DNA of 63,997 bases, filler included, from Octopus bimaculoides (GCF_001194135.2; 9 parts of 9 records of this genome joined end to end with filler, not necessarily neighbours in it); one strand, 5' to 3'. Numbered from the whole stretch's first letter, positions 36,581-49,607 are shown. The notes: generated by a model from the letters alone, not told the origin. Program-made: numbers and translations.

Positions 36581-37514
36581 GTACACACAAAGAAACAAAC
36601 ACACACACATTCATACATACATGCATATACATACACAAACATAGATAAAAGCCCCCTCCTTGGAATTTAGATAACATCAGCTCGGTAGTGGTGTGTGTAT
36701 GTTATCTTCACATTTATGCATGTGTATATACGTTTGTTTATCTATAGGTTCTTCTTTGCACTTACTACAAGCCAACCTTCTTGAATTCTTTACATAATTT
36801 AACAGTTCCATTAATAGCTTGCAATTTCAGTTTATTCATTAGCAGTGGTTTGCTATGGAATAAATCCTACCTTCTCAAGATTTATGCTTATGTTAATAAT
36901 TACACAACGAACCCTCCCCCAATAATTACAGTTATCGATTTCAAGTTTAAGTCCTACGTCAAAAAATCGCATCTTGGATAATATGGTACAAGGGAAAAAG
37001 ATGGGCTGATTTATATATATATATATATATATNNNNNNNNNNNNNNNNNNNNNNNNNNNNNNNNNNNNNNNNNNNNNNNNNNNNNNNNNNNNNNNNNNNN
37101 NNNNNNNNNNNNNNNNNNNNNNNNNNNNNNNNNNNNNNNNNNNNNNNNNNNNNNNNNNNNNNNNNNNNNNNNNNNNNNNNNNNNNNNNNNNNNNNNNNNN
37201 NNNNNNNNNNNNNNNNNNNNNNNNNNNNNNNNNNNNNNNNNNNNNNNNNNNNNNNNNNNNNNNNNNNNNNNNNNNNNNNNNNNNNNNNNNNNNNNNNNNN
37301 NNNNNNNNNNNNNNNNNNNNNNNNNNNNNNNNNNNNNNNNNNNNNNNNNNNNNNNNNNNNNNNNNNNNNNNNNNNNNNNNNNNNNNNNNNNNNNNNNNNN
37401 NNNNNNNNNNNNNNNNNNNNNNNNNNNNNNNNNNNNNNNNNNNNNNNNNNNNNNNNNNNNNNNNNNNNNNNNNNNNNNNNNNNNNNNNNNNNNNNNNNNN
37501 NNNNNNNNNNNNNN

Positions 37515-37860
37515 NTATATATATACATATATAATATGGGAGAATATACGAAAAAACAACAACAGACGAGGACAGGTGGTGTAAATAACAAAAGGATGTA
37601 TTAGTATGACGCTCGGGAATACGGAAAGTCTTTGACGTTTCGAGCTACGCTCTTCAACAGAAAAAATACGGAGACAAGGAGATAAACACGGAGAAAAAAA
37701 TTGAATAGTGTTCAGTCAACGGTCAATCGTAATAATGGCTGATCATAACAGTGGCTGACCGGAAGTTAGAAATTCTTTTTTCAGGAGAGCTGGAATGCCT
37801 TTGAGCAACAGGTGTGCTAAATCAGGCTTAACAGGGGCAAAATAACAATATTTCGAATCA
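37515..37860 (-). mobile_element. Penelope-type terminal-repeat-derived sequence
   Basis: Carries the gaagagcgtagctcgaaacgtc motif typical of PLE pseudo-LTRs; no ORF. Confidence 0.5.
37628..37666 (-). ncRNA. Candidate minimal type I hammerhead ribozyme
   Basis: UUUUU-CUGUUGA-A-GAGC(GUA)GCUC-GAAA-CG-UC-AAAGA: stem I, core, 4-bp stem II, palindromic ACGU stem III, GUC cleavage triplet; non-canonical U at position 6. Confidence 0.5.
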
Positions 37861-38235
37861 GAGATAATGGTAACTATCAACTTTTACTAAGTACCAACTA
37901 AAAGTTCATGAAAGACCATCAACAGAGTTTCTATGTAGTTGCTTAAACTTGCTATAAATAGTAGCCAAATGCTTTCTCAAATCTCTTACAATATACTGTT
38001 TTGAAAAAGGAAGAATATTCTTAAAAAGACATATTTTTGCATATTTCTCATTACTTCGCTATTGACTTTTCCTCTGTCTTTCATCTTTAACAGACTTGGG
38101 TGTGCGGCTAAGAAGCTCGACTTACAATCACGTGGTTTCAGATTTGGTTCCACTGCGTGACACCTCGGACAATTGTCCTTTACTATAGCCCAGGCCATAT
38201 ATATATATGCATACATACACACACACATAAATAAA

Positions 38236-38278
<43 letters not shown>

Positions 38279-39280
38279 NNNNNNNNNNNNNNNNNNNNNN
38301 NNNNNNNNNNNNNNNNNNNNNNNNNNNNNNNNNNNNNNNNNNNNNNNNNNNNNNNNNNNNNNNNNNNNNNNNNNNNNNNNNNNNNNNNNNNNNNNNNNNN
38401 NNNNNNNNNNNNNNNNNNNNNNNNNNNNNNNNNNNNNNNNNNNNNNNNNNNNNNNNNNNNNNNNNNNNNNNNNNNNNNNNNNNNNNNNNNNNNNNNNNNN
38501 NNNNNNNNNNNNNNNNNNNNNNNNNNNNNNNNNNNNNNNNNNNNNNNNNNNNNNNNNNNNNNNNNNNNNNNNNNNNNNNNNNNNNNNNNNNNNNNNNNNN
38601 NNNNNNNNNNNNNNNNNNNNNNNNNNNNNNNNNNNNNNNNNNNNNNNNNNNNNNNNNNNNNNNNNNNNNNNNNNNNNNNNNNNNNNNNNNNNNNNNNNNN
38701 NNNNNNNNNNNNNNNNNNNNNNNNNNNNNNNNNNNNNNNNNNNNNNNNNNNNNNNNNNNNNNNNNNNNNNNNNNNNNNNNNNNNNNNNNNNNNNNNNNNN
38801 NNNNNNNNNNNNNNNNNNNNNNNNNNNNNNNNNNNNNNNNNNNNNNNNNNNNNNNNNNNNNNNNNNNNNNNNNNNNNNNNNNNNNNNNNNNNNNNNNNNN
38901 NNNNNNNNNNNNNNNNNNNNNNNNNNNNNNNNNNNNNNNNNNNNNNNNNNNNNNNNNNNNNNNNNNNNNNNNNNNNNNNNNNNNNNNNNNNNNNNNNNNN
39001 NNNNNNNNNNNNNNNNNNNNNNNNNNNNNNNNNNNNNNNNNNNNNNNNNNNNNNNNNNNNNNNNNNNNNNNNNNNNNNNNNNNNNNNNNNNNNNNNNNNN
39101 NNNNNNNNNNNNNNNNNNNNNNNNNNNNNNNNNNNNNNNNNNNNNNNNNNNNNNNNNNNNNNNNNNNNNNNNNNNNNNACACACACACATTGATATACGT
39201 ATCTATTGTATGTAAACATGTATATATGTGTATATATAAATATATATATATGTATGTATATATATATATATAGGTATATG

Positions 39281-39314
<34 letters not shown>

Positions 39315-39366
39315 AGACATGTATGAATATATATATAATATAGATGTAATGGGTAAAGTAATATAG

Positions 39367-39409
<43 letters not shown>

Positions 39410-39633
39410 AGTATATATACATATATATAATATATACATACACACACACATATATATATACATATATACATATATATAAACGTATCTATATGCAAACGTG
39501 TATGTGTGTGTATATTATATCTGTATATATGTATCTATATATGCAAACGCGTGTGTATATAACTACATATACATACAAACACACATACACACACATACAT
39601 GTACGTATATAGGCCCGTAAGTACGCACGTACG

Positions 39634-39680
<47 letters not shown>

Positions 39681-39780
39681 NNNNNNNNNNNNNNNNNNNN
39701 NNNNNNNNNNNNNNNNNNNNNNNNTTAATTAATTAANNNNNNNNNNNNNNNNNNNNNNNNNNNNNNNNNNNNNNNNNNNN
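39681..39780. other. Artificial 100-bp scaffold spacer
   Basis: N44-TTAATTAATTAA-N44. Confidence 0.97.
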
Positions 39781-40099
39781 TATATATCAATGTACACACA
39801 TATGTGTTTACGTGTGCATCGTGTGTATACAGATATTAACGCTCACGTCTATATGATACATATTTCAATGTCCGATTTGTTTAAACGACTGTTTGTACGT
39901 GTGTAGAGATGTAGGAACGTGTGCACATAAGATTATACGTTACCCTTCGTTTATGCGATTGAGCAATATCTCTTTATCTATTTTCCCACCCCAGTTCATT
40001 ACACAACCAGAATTCTCGCTGTGTTGATTACGGGTTTTTATTACTTTATTGCTTGCTGGCCAACACTACCAGAACTCTAAACCAGCTTCTACTCTGCAT

Positions 40100-40712
40100 G
40101 CCGACCACTCCACCACTACCACCATATCAATATCAGTAGCACCAGTAATGGCAGCAGCAGCACCACCACCACCACAACAACCACCACCACGACCACCATC
40201 ATCAACACGAACACCACCACCACCACAACCACCACCACCACCACCACCANNNNNNNNNNNNNNNNNNNNNNNNNNNNNNNNNNNNNNNNNNNNNNNNNNN
40301 NNNNNNNNNNNNNNNNNNNNNNNNNNNNNNNNNNNNNNNNNNNNNNNNNNNNNNNNNNNNNNNNNNNNNNNNNNNNNNNNNNNNNNNNNNNNNNNNNNNN
40401 NNNNNNNNNNNNNNNNNNNNNNNNNNNNNNNNNNNNNNNNNNNNNNNNNNNNNNNNNNNNNNNNNNNNNNNNNNNNNNNNNNNNNNNNNNNNNNNNNNNN
40501 NNNNNNNNNNNNNNNNNNNNNNNNNNNNNNNNNNNNNNNNNNNNNNNNNNNNNNNNNNNNNNNNNNNNNNNNNNNNNNNNNNNNNNNNNNNNNNNNNNNN
40601 NNNNNNNNNNNNNNNNNNNNNNNNNNNNNNNNNNNNNNNNNNNNNNNNNNNNNNNNNNNNNNNNNNNNNNNNNNNNNCTATCAGCTCTGCAAATACCACC
40701 ACCACCACCACC

Positions 40713-40746
<34 letters not shown>

Positions 40747-41260
40747 TCCCCATCATCATCATCATCATCATGCAATGACAGCATAACCACCATCGTCATT
40801 ATCACCACCGCCAAACGTCACTTCTATTAACATTGTTAATAGCTATAAAACGACCACATTCATCTGTATCATGATCATGATCATCATCATCATCATCATC
40901 ATTATCATTAGGAGCAGCATCAGCATCAACATCGCCTTCTCCACGCTCCGCAATCTTTTATTGCTATCTTCATCATTTCTTTTTTCTTCCCTCCACCATC
41001 ACTTTCGGCACTAAGACCATTATCAACACTACCCACACATCTCTCTCACCCCATTTGCCATCACACAACACCAACATACCCCACCTCTGCCTTGCCCTGC
41101 CCGCTGTATTGCGACAACCATCCTCACCATCATCACTTCACCTTCCTACCATTATTTACATCACAATCAATTCTGTTATCAGTCTTCAGCATCACTACTT
41201 TTCCCAACTTCAGCGTTGTTTATGGCCTCCCCATCATCATCATCATCTTCACCGTGACGA
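40100..41260. repeat. Low-complexity (CAC)n/(CAT)n trinucleotide region
   Basis: Degenerate trinucleotide runs either side of a gap. Confidence 0.9.
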
Positions 41261-41545
41261 TTATATTCAGCAGCCACTCCAATACTGCTATCCATATCCC
41301 TATCCTTAACATGCGCATCAACATTAAAACAGCCCCTACTGCAACTTTAACTCATTGCCCCTATTATCAACAATGCCACACGTAGATTAATGGCTGTCGT
41401 TCTCTCCTGTGTAAATCTGTCTCTCAATTTAGCTTCAGAAAGAATTATGTGATACCATTCCTTATTCAGTACCAGACGAGCCCTCAAACGAAACACAGTA
41501 TGACTTGTTGTTGAACACATTGTTTTGAATAACACACCATTATAC

Positions 41546-41708
41546 ATGCATGTATGTATGTATGTATGTATGTATGTATGTATGTATGTATGTATGTATT
41601 TATGTATGTATGTATGTATGTATGTATGTATTTATGTATGTATGTATTTATGTATGTATGTATTTATGTATGTATGTATGTATGTATGTATGTATGTATG
41701 TATGTATA
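41546..41708. repeat. (ATGT)n tetranucleotide microsatellite (also 42040-42208)
   Basis: Read directly; the two runs flank a SINE. Confidence 0.95.
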
Positions 41709-41711
41709 TGT

Positions 41712-42033
41712 GAAGGCGCGTGGCTTAGTGGTTAGGGCATTCGGCTCACGATTGTAAGGTCGTGAGTTCAATTCCCGGCGACGCGCTGTGTCCTTGAGCA
41801 AGACACTTTATTTCACGTTGCTCCAGTCCACTCCGCTGACAAAAATGAGTCGTACCTGTATTTGAAAGGGCCGGCCTTGTCATGCTATGTGTCACGCTGA
41901 ATCTCCTTGAGAACTACGTTAGGGGTACACGTGTCTGTGGAGTGCTCAGCCACTTGCACGTTAATTTCACGAGCAGGCTGTTCCGTTCATCGTATCAGCT
42001 GGGACCCTCGTCGTCGTAACCAACGGAGTGCTC
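41712..42033 (+). mobile_element. tRNA-headed SINE (head A + tail 1)
   Basis: A box tggcttagtggttagg, B box gagttcaattccc, gtgtccttgagcaagacactt block, tail identical in kind to 26540-26716. Confidence 0.9.
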
Positions 42034-42177
42034 CTCCTATGTATGTATGTATGTATGTATGTATGTATGTATGTCAGGATAGATACGTGCGTGTACATAC
42101 ATACATACATACATACACACATGCATGAATTCATACATACAAACATACATACATACATACAAACATACATACATACA

Positions 42178-42209
<32 letters not shown>

Positions 42210-42271
42210 CTATCGTCAGTGTTGCCATTGAACAACAAAAGATATTTCATCCACTTAATACCATCATGACG

Positions 42272-42530
42272 GGATTGAATCCCGTTTCAAACTCCTATCT
42301 TTGAATGCTCGAAGTTTGTGCAACAAGGTGCACCTTTCTGACTCCTGCATCAAAAGCATTGACACCGATTTCATCGCACTCACAGAAACATGGGCACACT
42401 CTTTACTCTATAATGGTGTTTTTAGCATAGTTGTTTACAACTAGTTTCGCAAAAACCGTGCTAATCATCGTGGAGGTACCGTGATGATCTACATTCGGTC
42501 AAACTTTGCAGCAATTCTTTGTGGTGATTT
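42272..42530 (+). mobile_element. Apurinic-endonuclease N-terminus of a CR1/L2/Jockey-type LINE, decayed
   Basis: FKLLSLNARSLCNKVH...DFIALTETW...FRKNRANHRGGTVMIYIR matches NARSLxNK / ETW / RxDR..RGGGVxxY. Confidence 0.85.
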
Positions 42531-43675
42531 GTTCATATACAATAATGGCTTCTTATTTTATTGATTTTGGAATGTTTTAAGTTCCTGTGTTAATAAGACA
42601 CTTCTTAGAGGCCGATGACACTATGTCTACTTTGTAACAACAACATTAGGATTTAACTCAAAACAACATGATGTCTATTTATGATACGCATATATACATA
42701 TATCTTTCTGTCTCTATATATGTATGATGTATGTATACATCAGTGTTTTTTTTATGTCTAGAAATAGGTGGACAAACGTTAGAAATAGGCTACACACGCG
42801 TCTAGTAGTGTCTAAGTATTGGTAAGAATTAGTTCCGAGATGAAACTTCACTGAATATTGACAACTTGTGGCATATGGCTTCGTTGTCAGGAGCTTACAT
42901 TATCTAAGAAAATTCTAATTCCTCCCATTTACACTACGGCCCACGAGGACTCTAGCTGTATCTAACCTGTTTCCAGAAGCTCTATTTATCGTCTCGATAT
43001 TACAATATTTCATAATGATTATCATAAATATGCTTCGAACTGTTTCGTTTCGATAATTCAGTTAATTTACGCCTTAGTACGCAGTAACAAGCAATTCGTT
43101 TGTCGAAGTTAAATTCATTAGTCTGGTGTGCCTTTGGCTGACTAGAATAAACGATGTCGAAACACTGGCTGTTCCAGAGTTCATTGCGCCTCTGAATCGA
43201 GTGTGTTGTGAACAAATATTCGAGGTAAATTGGAGACATTGTTCTTCTGTGGTAAAATACAACGGCGACTAGCATATACACGTTCGAATCTGCCGGAACG
43301 TATTAAGAATAAATAAGCAAGTCACCACACTCTAAATCTAATTTGCATAAAATGCTCCAGTGGATTCCTTGATCATGAGAAATGCTTGTGTGTGCGAACG
43401 CGTATGTGTATACGAATACGTGCGGAAGTGTGGTGTGTGTACGTGCGTCTCTTTGAAGGAAAGATTCTGCGTAAAAGCCTTAGGGAAAATTAATGAATGA
43501 ACATGCCTACTCTAATTAGTTTTACCCCAGTTCCGCAAATACAACATATACTTTTCTATCGAAAATACCACGAGCAAGTGATTAACCCACTGAAACTATT
43601 ATGAAAGAACCTGTTGCTCTGGAACTGAAATTCGTTATATATGCCAGCCAATAGGTATCGCAGGGTGGAGGCACA

Positions 43676-43903
43676 TGGCTTAGTGTTTCGGGTGTTGCAT
43701 AAACGATCGCAAGATTGTGCTCATCATTTCTGGCCTGGATGATCAATTCTGTTCTTGAGCAAAACACTTAATTTTTTGTTGCTCCAGTCCAGTCAGCTGG
43801 CAAAAATGAGTAATCCTGCGATGGACAGGCGTCCCGTCCAGAGGGAAAATATATACGCCACAGAATCCAGTGACTCAGCCTTTTGAGCCTATGGCTCGGT
43901 AAG
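43676..43903 (+). mobile_element. tRNA-headed SINE (head A + tail 2)
   Basis: Head A to caaaaatgagt, then aatcctgcgatggacaggcgtcccgtccagaggg. Confidence 0.75.
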
Positions 43904-44402
43904 GGTCATCGATCCATTTTTTATATATCACTGAGCAGCAGAAGATCTGTTTAAAATACCCAATGTCTGATTCAAAGGGAGACAGAAATGAGGTGAAATC
44001 CTGATAATCTAACCCAAGAAAGAGGTTATGACATTCAGCAATTGGATAGAACTGCTTACATAAAGTTAATATATCCTCCTTTTTAATAGTCCGATACCAT
44101 GGCGGTGACGTCGCCATCGAATGCTTCATCATTTTCCTGTGCACTAGTTTAAACGATATGCCACCCACTGCACCTAAATACCGCATTAAGAGCTTAAGAT
44201 CCAATATATTATTGAATATTATTAATAATGGTAATTTATTTAGCACAAATGAAACAAATTTGTCAATACATGCCAAACAATACAAAGCGGTACAAATACA
44301 TAAATGAAAAATGGAATGGGGTAGCACACGTTTATGATTTAATAATAAAATATAAACATAATTATACGTGTGTGGAAGTGAGGAAATGTGTGTGCATGTG
44401 TG

Positions 44403-44466
<64 letters not shown>

Positions 44467-44526
44467 NNNNNNNNNNNNNNNNNNNNNNNNNNNNNNNNNN
44501 NNNNNNNNNNNNNNNNNNNNNNNNNN

Positions 44527-44581
<55 letters not shown>

Positions 44582-45361
44582 ACACAGCCGTTGTTGAAAG
44601 CAATGGAAGCAATGAAGATGTCAGTGTCGATGGTGATGCCGGTGGCGATGTCGATGGAGAAGGCGGACTTAACAATCTGCTTCGTTTCATTGAAAGGCCA
44701 AGCAACAGTAAGAGTTGCAACGCAACACAGCATGAAGCCACTTTATTATATTGAAATAACATTGGCTTAACAATCACTTCCCTTCTCCTCCATAGTAATC
44801 GCCTTAGCATGCCATATTTCTTGTGTCTTTGCCGCCTCAATATGGCGTAGGATGGACGAATGTGGGAAGTTGCATCTTAATGCAGTTTTACTGCATTATC
44901 GATTACCGTTTGCATTTGTGATGTATTGTACTGTATTGTTTGTGTTGTAGTATTGGTTTGTGGTGTTATATTGTCTTGGCATTGTTTTGCCTTGTTTGTG
45001 GCTCGTGGTTTGTATGATTACACGGTTTGCCCGAGTTCGAGTAAGAATGTGGATATGGTTTATATTTTATTTGATATGCACTTGTGTGTTTGTTTATTTC
45101 TTTGTAATGTGTGTGTGTGTGTTTGTGTGTGTGTATTTAAATGAGAAAATCAGGCAAAACAGTGAGAGGGGGAGGAAAGGAAACAAGGCAGAAAGATAAT
45201 TTAACTGCAAGTGGGATGTGGTTTGTGCGTTTTTGTAATACGTGATGGTATATGTTCAGGCAGATGTATTTCTAAGGGGCTATGTAAGCGTATGGTTGAA
45301 TGAAACGTGAAAATAAAAAGAAAGAAAAGATATTGTGTCAAACTATGTTGCAGTGATGGCA

Positions 45362-45395
<34 letters not shown>

Positions 45396-45440
45396 NNNNN
45401 NNNNNNNNNNNNNNNNNNNNNNNNNNNNNNNNNNNTATAT

Positions 45441-45955
45441 TGTTGTTGTTGTAGTGACCCACTTCGGTCATGAATGACTATGGGATTACACCTACAAAGC
45501 TACTCACCGAGGCACAAGTCTGGGTAAGGTTGTTTATGGAAGACCAGCAGTCGCCCATGCATACCAGCCTTCCCTCTCCACGCCACCGATGTTATCCAAG
45601 GGAAAGGCAAAGGGGCCGATACAGCTTGGCACCAGTGACGTCTCAGCTCATTTATTAGCGTGCAAGTGGCTGAGCACTCCACAGACACGTGTACCCTTAA
45701 CGTAGTTCTCGGGGATATTCAGCGTGACACAGTGTGACAAGGCTGACCCTTTGAATTACAGGCACAACAGAAACAGGAAGAAAGAGTGAGAGAAAGTTGT
45801 GGTGGAAGAGTACAGCAGGGTTCACCCCACCCCTGCCGGAGCTTCGTGGAGCTTTAGGTGTTTTCGCTCAACAAACACAACGTCCGGTCTGGGAATCGAA
45901 ACCGCGATCCTACGACCGCGAGTCCGCTGCCCTAACCACTGGACCATTGCGCCTC
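45441..45955 (-). mobile_element. Composite SINE (head B + partial tail 1 + tail 3)
   Basis: Colinear with 26337-26650 until cacttgcacgctaat, then switches to aaatgagctgagacgtcactggtgcc...; ends in (CAA)n. Confidence 0.8.
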
Positions 45956-45986
45956 AACCTCCTCAAATATATAGATATACTTCTAT

Positions 45987-46034
<48 letters not shown>

Positions 46035-46295
46035 TTATATCGGTGAAGAGTTCAGTGAGTAGCTATGTATGTATGGATGTAAGTATGTTATTGTTCACTT
46101 TTATTTCAAGAATTCTTTCCAATAGAGAAAGAACTAGTTTCTAACCTAGACCCAAAGATCATTCATTGAACTTTCAACATCAACAACTGGGTATTTTTGT
46201 ATGTATGCATGTTTATGAGCAGATTTCTTTGCTTTGCTTTATGTATGTATTCTCATGCATGTAGTTGCATAGCTAGACATGCTCATATATATTTA

Positions 46296-46540
46296 AATGA
46301 TAACCTTCTGGAAAGTTTTACAGACTTTTACAGTTCCAGTGATGGATTGGATCTGTAGTCTTCGAATTAGCTTTCTCCTTTCTGGTTTTGAGAAGCCTAA
46401 TTTCTGAAGATTGGTGTTTAGGCAGTGTATTATATATACCAGGGCCCCAATAATTACAGGTATAAACCTGAACTTGTAATCTGAATAGAGTAACTGCAGA
46501 TTTCTCAATAGTTCAGTGTAGGTATTCTCTTTTTCACAAC
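46296..46540 (-). mobile_element. C-terminus of an RLE-type non-LTR retrotransposon
   Basis: KENTYTELLRNLQLLYSDYKFRFIPVIIGAL...LQIQSITGTVKVCKTF* resembles K..Y..L / PVIIGALG / LQ..xxxGT RLE C-termini. Confidence 0.65.
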
Positions 46541-46604
46541 GGAACAACCTGCTCGAGAAATTAGCGCCCACGTGGCTGAGCACTCCAAAGACACGCGTAC
46601 ATTT

Positions 46605-46704
46605 NNNNNNNNNNNNNNNNNNNNNNNNNNNNNNNNNNNNNNNNNNNNTTAATTAATTAANNNNNNNNNNNNNNNNNNNNNNNNNNNNNNNNNNNNNNNN
46701 NNNN
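46605..46704. other. Artificial 100-bp scaffold spacer
   Basis: N44-TTAATTAATTAA-N44. Confidence 0.97.
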
Positions 46705-46726
46705 GTCATCCATATATAGAAGGTAC

Positions 46727-46814
<88 letters not shown>

Positions 46815-47035
46815 AAGTTGGTGAGCTAACAGAATCATTAGCACGCCAGACAATATGCCTAGCGTTATTTCGGCCGTCTCTACATTCTTAATTTATATTC
46901 CGTCGGAGTCGACTTTACAATTCATCTGTTCGGGGTGGATTAAATAAATGCCAGTCAAGTACTGGGATCAACGTAATCGACTCATCCATTCCCCAAAATC
47001 ACCGCACGTGTGGCAAAATTTGGAACTATTATTGT
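46815..47035 (+). mobile_element. S2 SINE with (ATT) tail
   Basis: ggtgagctaacagaatcattagcacgcc...tactgggatcaacgtaatcgac...aaaatttggaactattatt. Confidence 0.8.
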
Positions 47036-47041
47036 TACTAG

Positions 47042-47390
47042 TGTTACCCCCGCCTTAGCAGAGGCGGAGTTATTGTTCTCAGTCATATTTGCTTGTTAAT
47101 TTAACCGTAGACAAGCTATCTCAAGAATCGCTGGATGGAATCGGATGAAACTATCAGGAAAGATTGACCTCGTGACTGGAACGAACGGAGTAGAGTTTGG
47201 TATCGATCCGCAATAGGACAAGCATTCTGGATTATTTGTTATATTTACTTTCCTGTACATGAAAAATTACGATCTTATGTTCACTTTCTCTGAGTATCTC
47301 CCTTGAAAGCACAGTATGGCAGTGTTACTTTTTCTAAAGCTTTATTTTCATTTCTCTGTTATTAATTTTACTCACGTCTTTATCTTAGTC
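47042..47390 (+). mobile_element. Probable non-autonomous Helentron/HINE-like element
   Basis: Starts ttacccccgcc-ttagcaga-ggcggag (hairpin), then ttattgttctc...gatgaaact...gatccg; the 3' part resembles 2215-2320; a similar start, ttaccccgcc, lies at 2478-2489. Confidence 0.4.
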
Positions 47391-47499
47391 GATTTGCTCG
47401 ATTAAACGCGGCGCTCCAGCATGGCGGCAGTCAAAAGACTAAAACAAGTAAAAGAGTAAAAGACTATTATGCATGTCATATAGTTGGTTCTTAACAATT

Positions 47500-47890
47500 G
47501 TTCATGAGTGTTTCCATCTGTATTTACAGATCGCTCCTCCTTATTCACAGCCGCTGGTCTTCTGTATCTCACTTCACTTTCACATCTCTTGCAAATTGGC
47601 CGTACATTTTCTTTTCATTCCATGCTGTTTCTCTTTTTATTTTTGTTCATTTTTTTTACACTTTTTAGTTACACAGTTTTCCGTTTTGATGACTTCCGTC
47701 TTCTTCCTCTGTTTCGACAGATGCTCCACGGCATTTTTATATACCACCACTAAGCTGTTTTCCTCTGCTTCTATACAGTAATGACAACTGGTAAAACCTC
47801 TCCACCTTTTCTCCTGGACAAGTACAGCCTATCGGTGTCACTCTTTGGGTGGAAGGCTCCATATACTGTTTACATTTTTCTGGTCTGGTA
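47500..47890 (-). mobile_element. R4/Dong-like LINE fragment (post-RT region)
   Basis: YGAFHPKSDTDRLYLSRRKGG...EAEENSL...AWNEKKMYGQFARD. Confidence 0.75.
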
Positions 47891-49534
47891 TCCATTTTCT
47901 TAATTTCTCTCTTTTGCTATTTTATAATTCCCGATCTATACCGAATTTATGCTATCGCCCAGGAAAAATACACTATTGTATTTCGTCCTCTTTATATTCT
48001 CTGAGTTCAAATTTTGCCGAGGTTGACTTGGTATTGTCAAAGTAATTAACTAGATCCCTCCCATTAAATTGGAAGCCTTTTCCTTACAAAAGAAAGCATT
48101 ATTATTATACGTACAAGCATGAACGGACGCACATGTACATACCTACATGTACATATATACATATATAGATTCATGCATATACATATAAAGAGAAAGAGAT
48201 GGAAACAGAGACAAAGGTAAGGGGTATATGCATTTTCTGTTAGGCGCATGTGTGTATTCGTGTATATAATAATTGTACTTGTCATTATAATTAAAAACAT
48301 TTACCATTGCTGAAATGCTTTGCGTTACAAATTCATGGAGAAATGTATATTCTTGTTATTAAACACAGGCATACACACACACACGTATATAGCTTGGAAA
48401 CAGGTTTTCTAATTAGCTGAAAGCATTTGATTGAATAAATATATCGTCATTAAGTTTTAGACTCATTTGAAATAGAAATTAATGTTAGAAAATGGGAGAA
48501 AAAATATAGGGTAATAATGGGAAAATATTTAAAATTTGCCTTGAAATTATTTGTTTATAATGTATTTCCGTATATAATAACTTTGAATTTTATAATGGCT
48601 ATTGTATATATAGCTGCTGTCAGTATCTACAGAATAAGCTTTGTGATGTTAACGTTAACACTGTGATGCCTCTGATAATTAAACCTAGAAATCTGATAAG
48701 ACCTAGAAATCCACCTACTCAAACATAATTTAAAGTAATGTTTTTTCTATGTTAAATAAAATCTACTGCTAAAATTTGTGCGAAGAATTAACATTACTTG
48801 AAAAGAAAACGAACAAAAGTAATGTATTTACGCTTCATTTCTGAAACTGAAATAGAATTTAATGTATTATAGATGTGTAACTTTGTTATATTATCTGTTG
48901 ATTTTGCATGGTTTAACATGGATATACAAATTAATTTACTGATCTTAAAAATGTAATTTATTGAATATGTTGTGTCTCTCACTTTGTCTGTCTCTGTGTT
49001 TGCCTGTCTGTTTGTCTGTATGTCTGTATGTCTGTCTGTCTGTCTGTCTGTCTCTGTCTTTGTCCCTGTTTCTATTTCTCTTTCTTCCTCTCTATCACAC
49101 ACACATAACCACAGCGATATATAAATGGAAATACATATGCGAAATGTGTCCGGATTGTAATAAAAATAGCTACGTATCTAGCATAGCATCATAATGTTAC
49201 ATGGAGACAAACTAACAAATTATTCATTTCAAAATTTCTATTTTCTGATTACGGACTTTTAAAAATTCTCTAATTCCATTTTTATATACGTAAGTTTACC
49301 GAAATAAAACACTTTTTACATGTCCAGTAACGTCATCAATTCATTTACATAGCGAAATACTACTGAATATATTAATCTTTTTACAAGAATATTTATCGGC
49401 AATACATCCGCAAATATGAGAAACTATAAACAGGCAAATAGAAAATCCCATGTTAGCAGTAACATCGTTACTAAAAGAAATTATATTAAGTCTAAGCACA
49501 GCCAGATTAGAAATTTAAAGTACCATCAATAATG

Positions 49535-49604
<70 letters not shown>

Positions 49605-49607
<3 letters not shown>

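Noticed and set aside
40049-40814. Pro/His/Thr-rich 245-aa ORF resembling a transcription-factor low-complexity region
   Set aside because: Entirely CAC/CAT repeats plus a gap; open in several frames; no domain or splice support.
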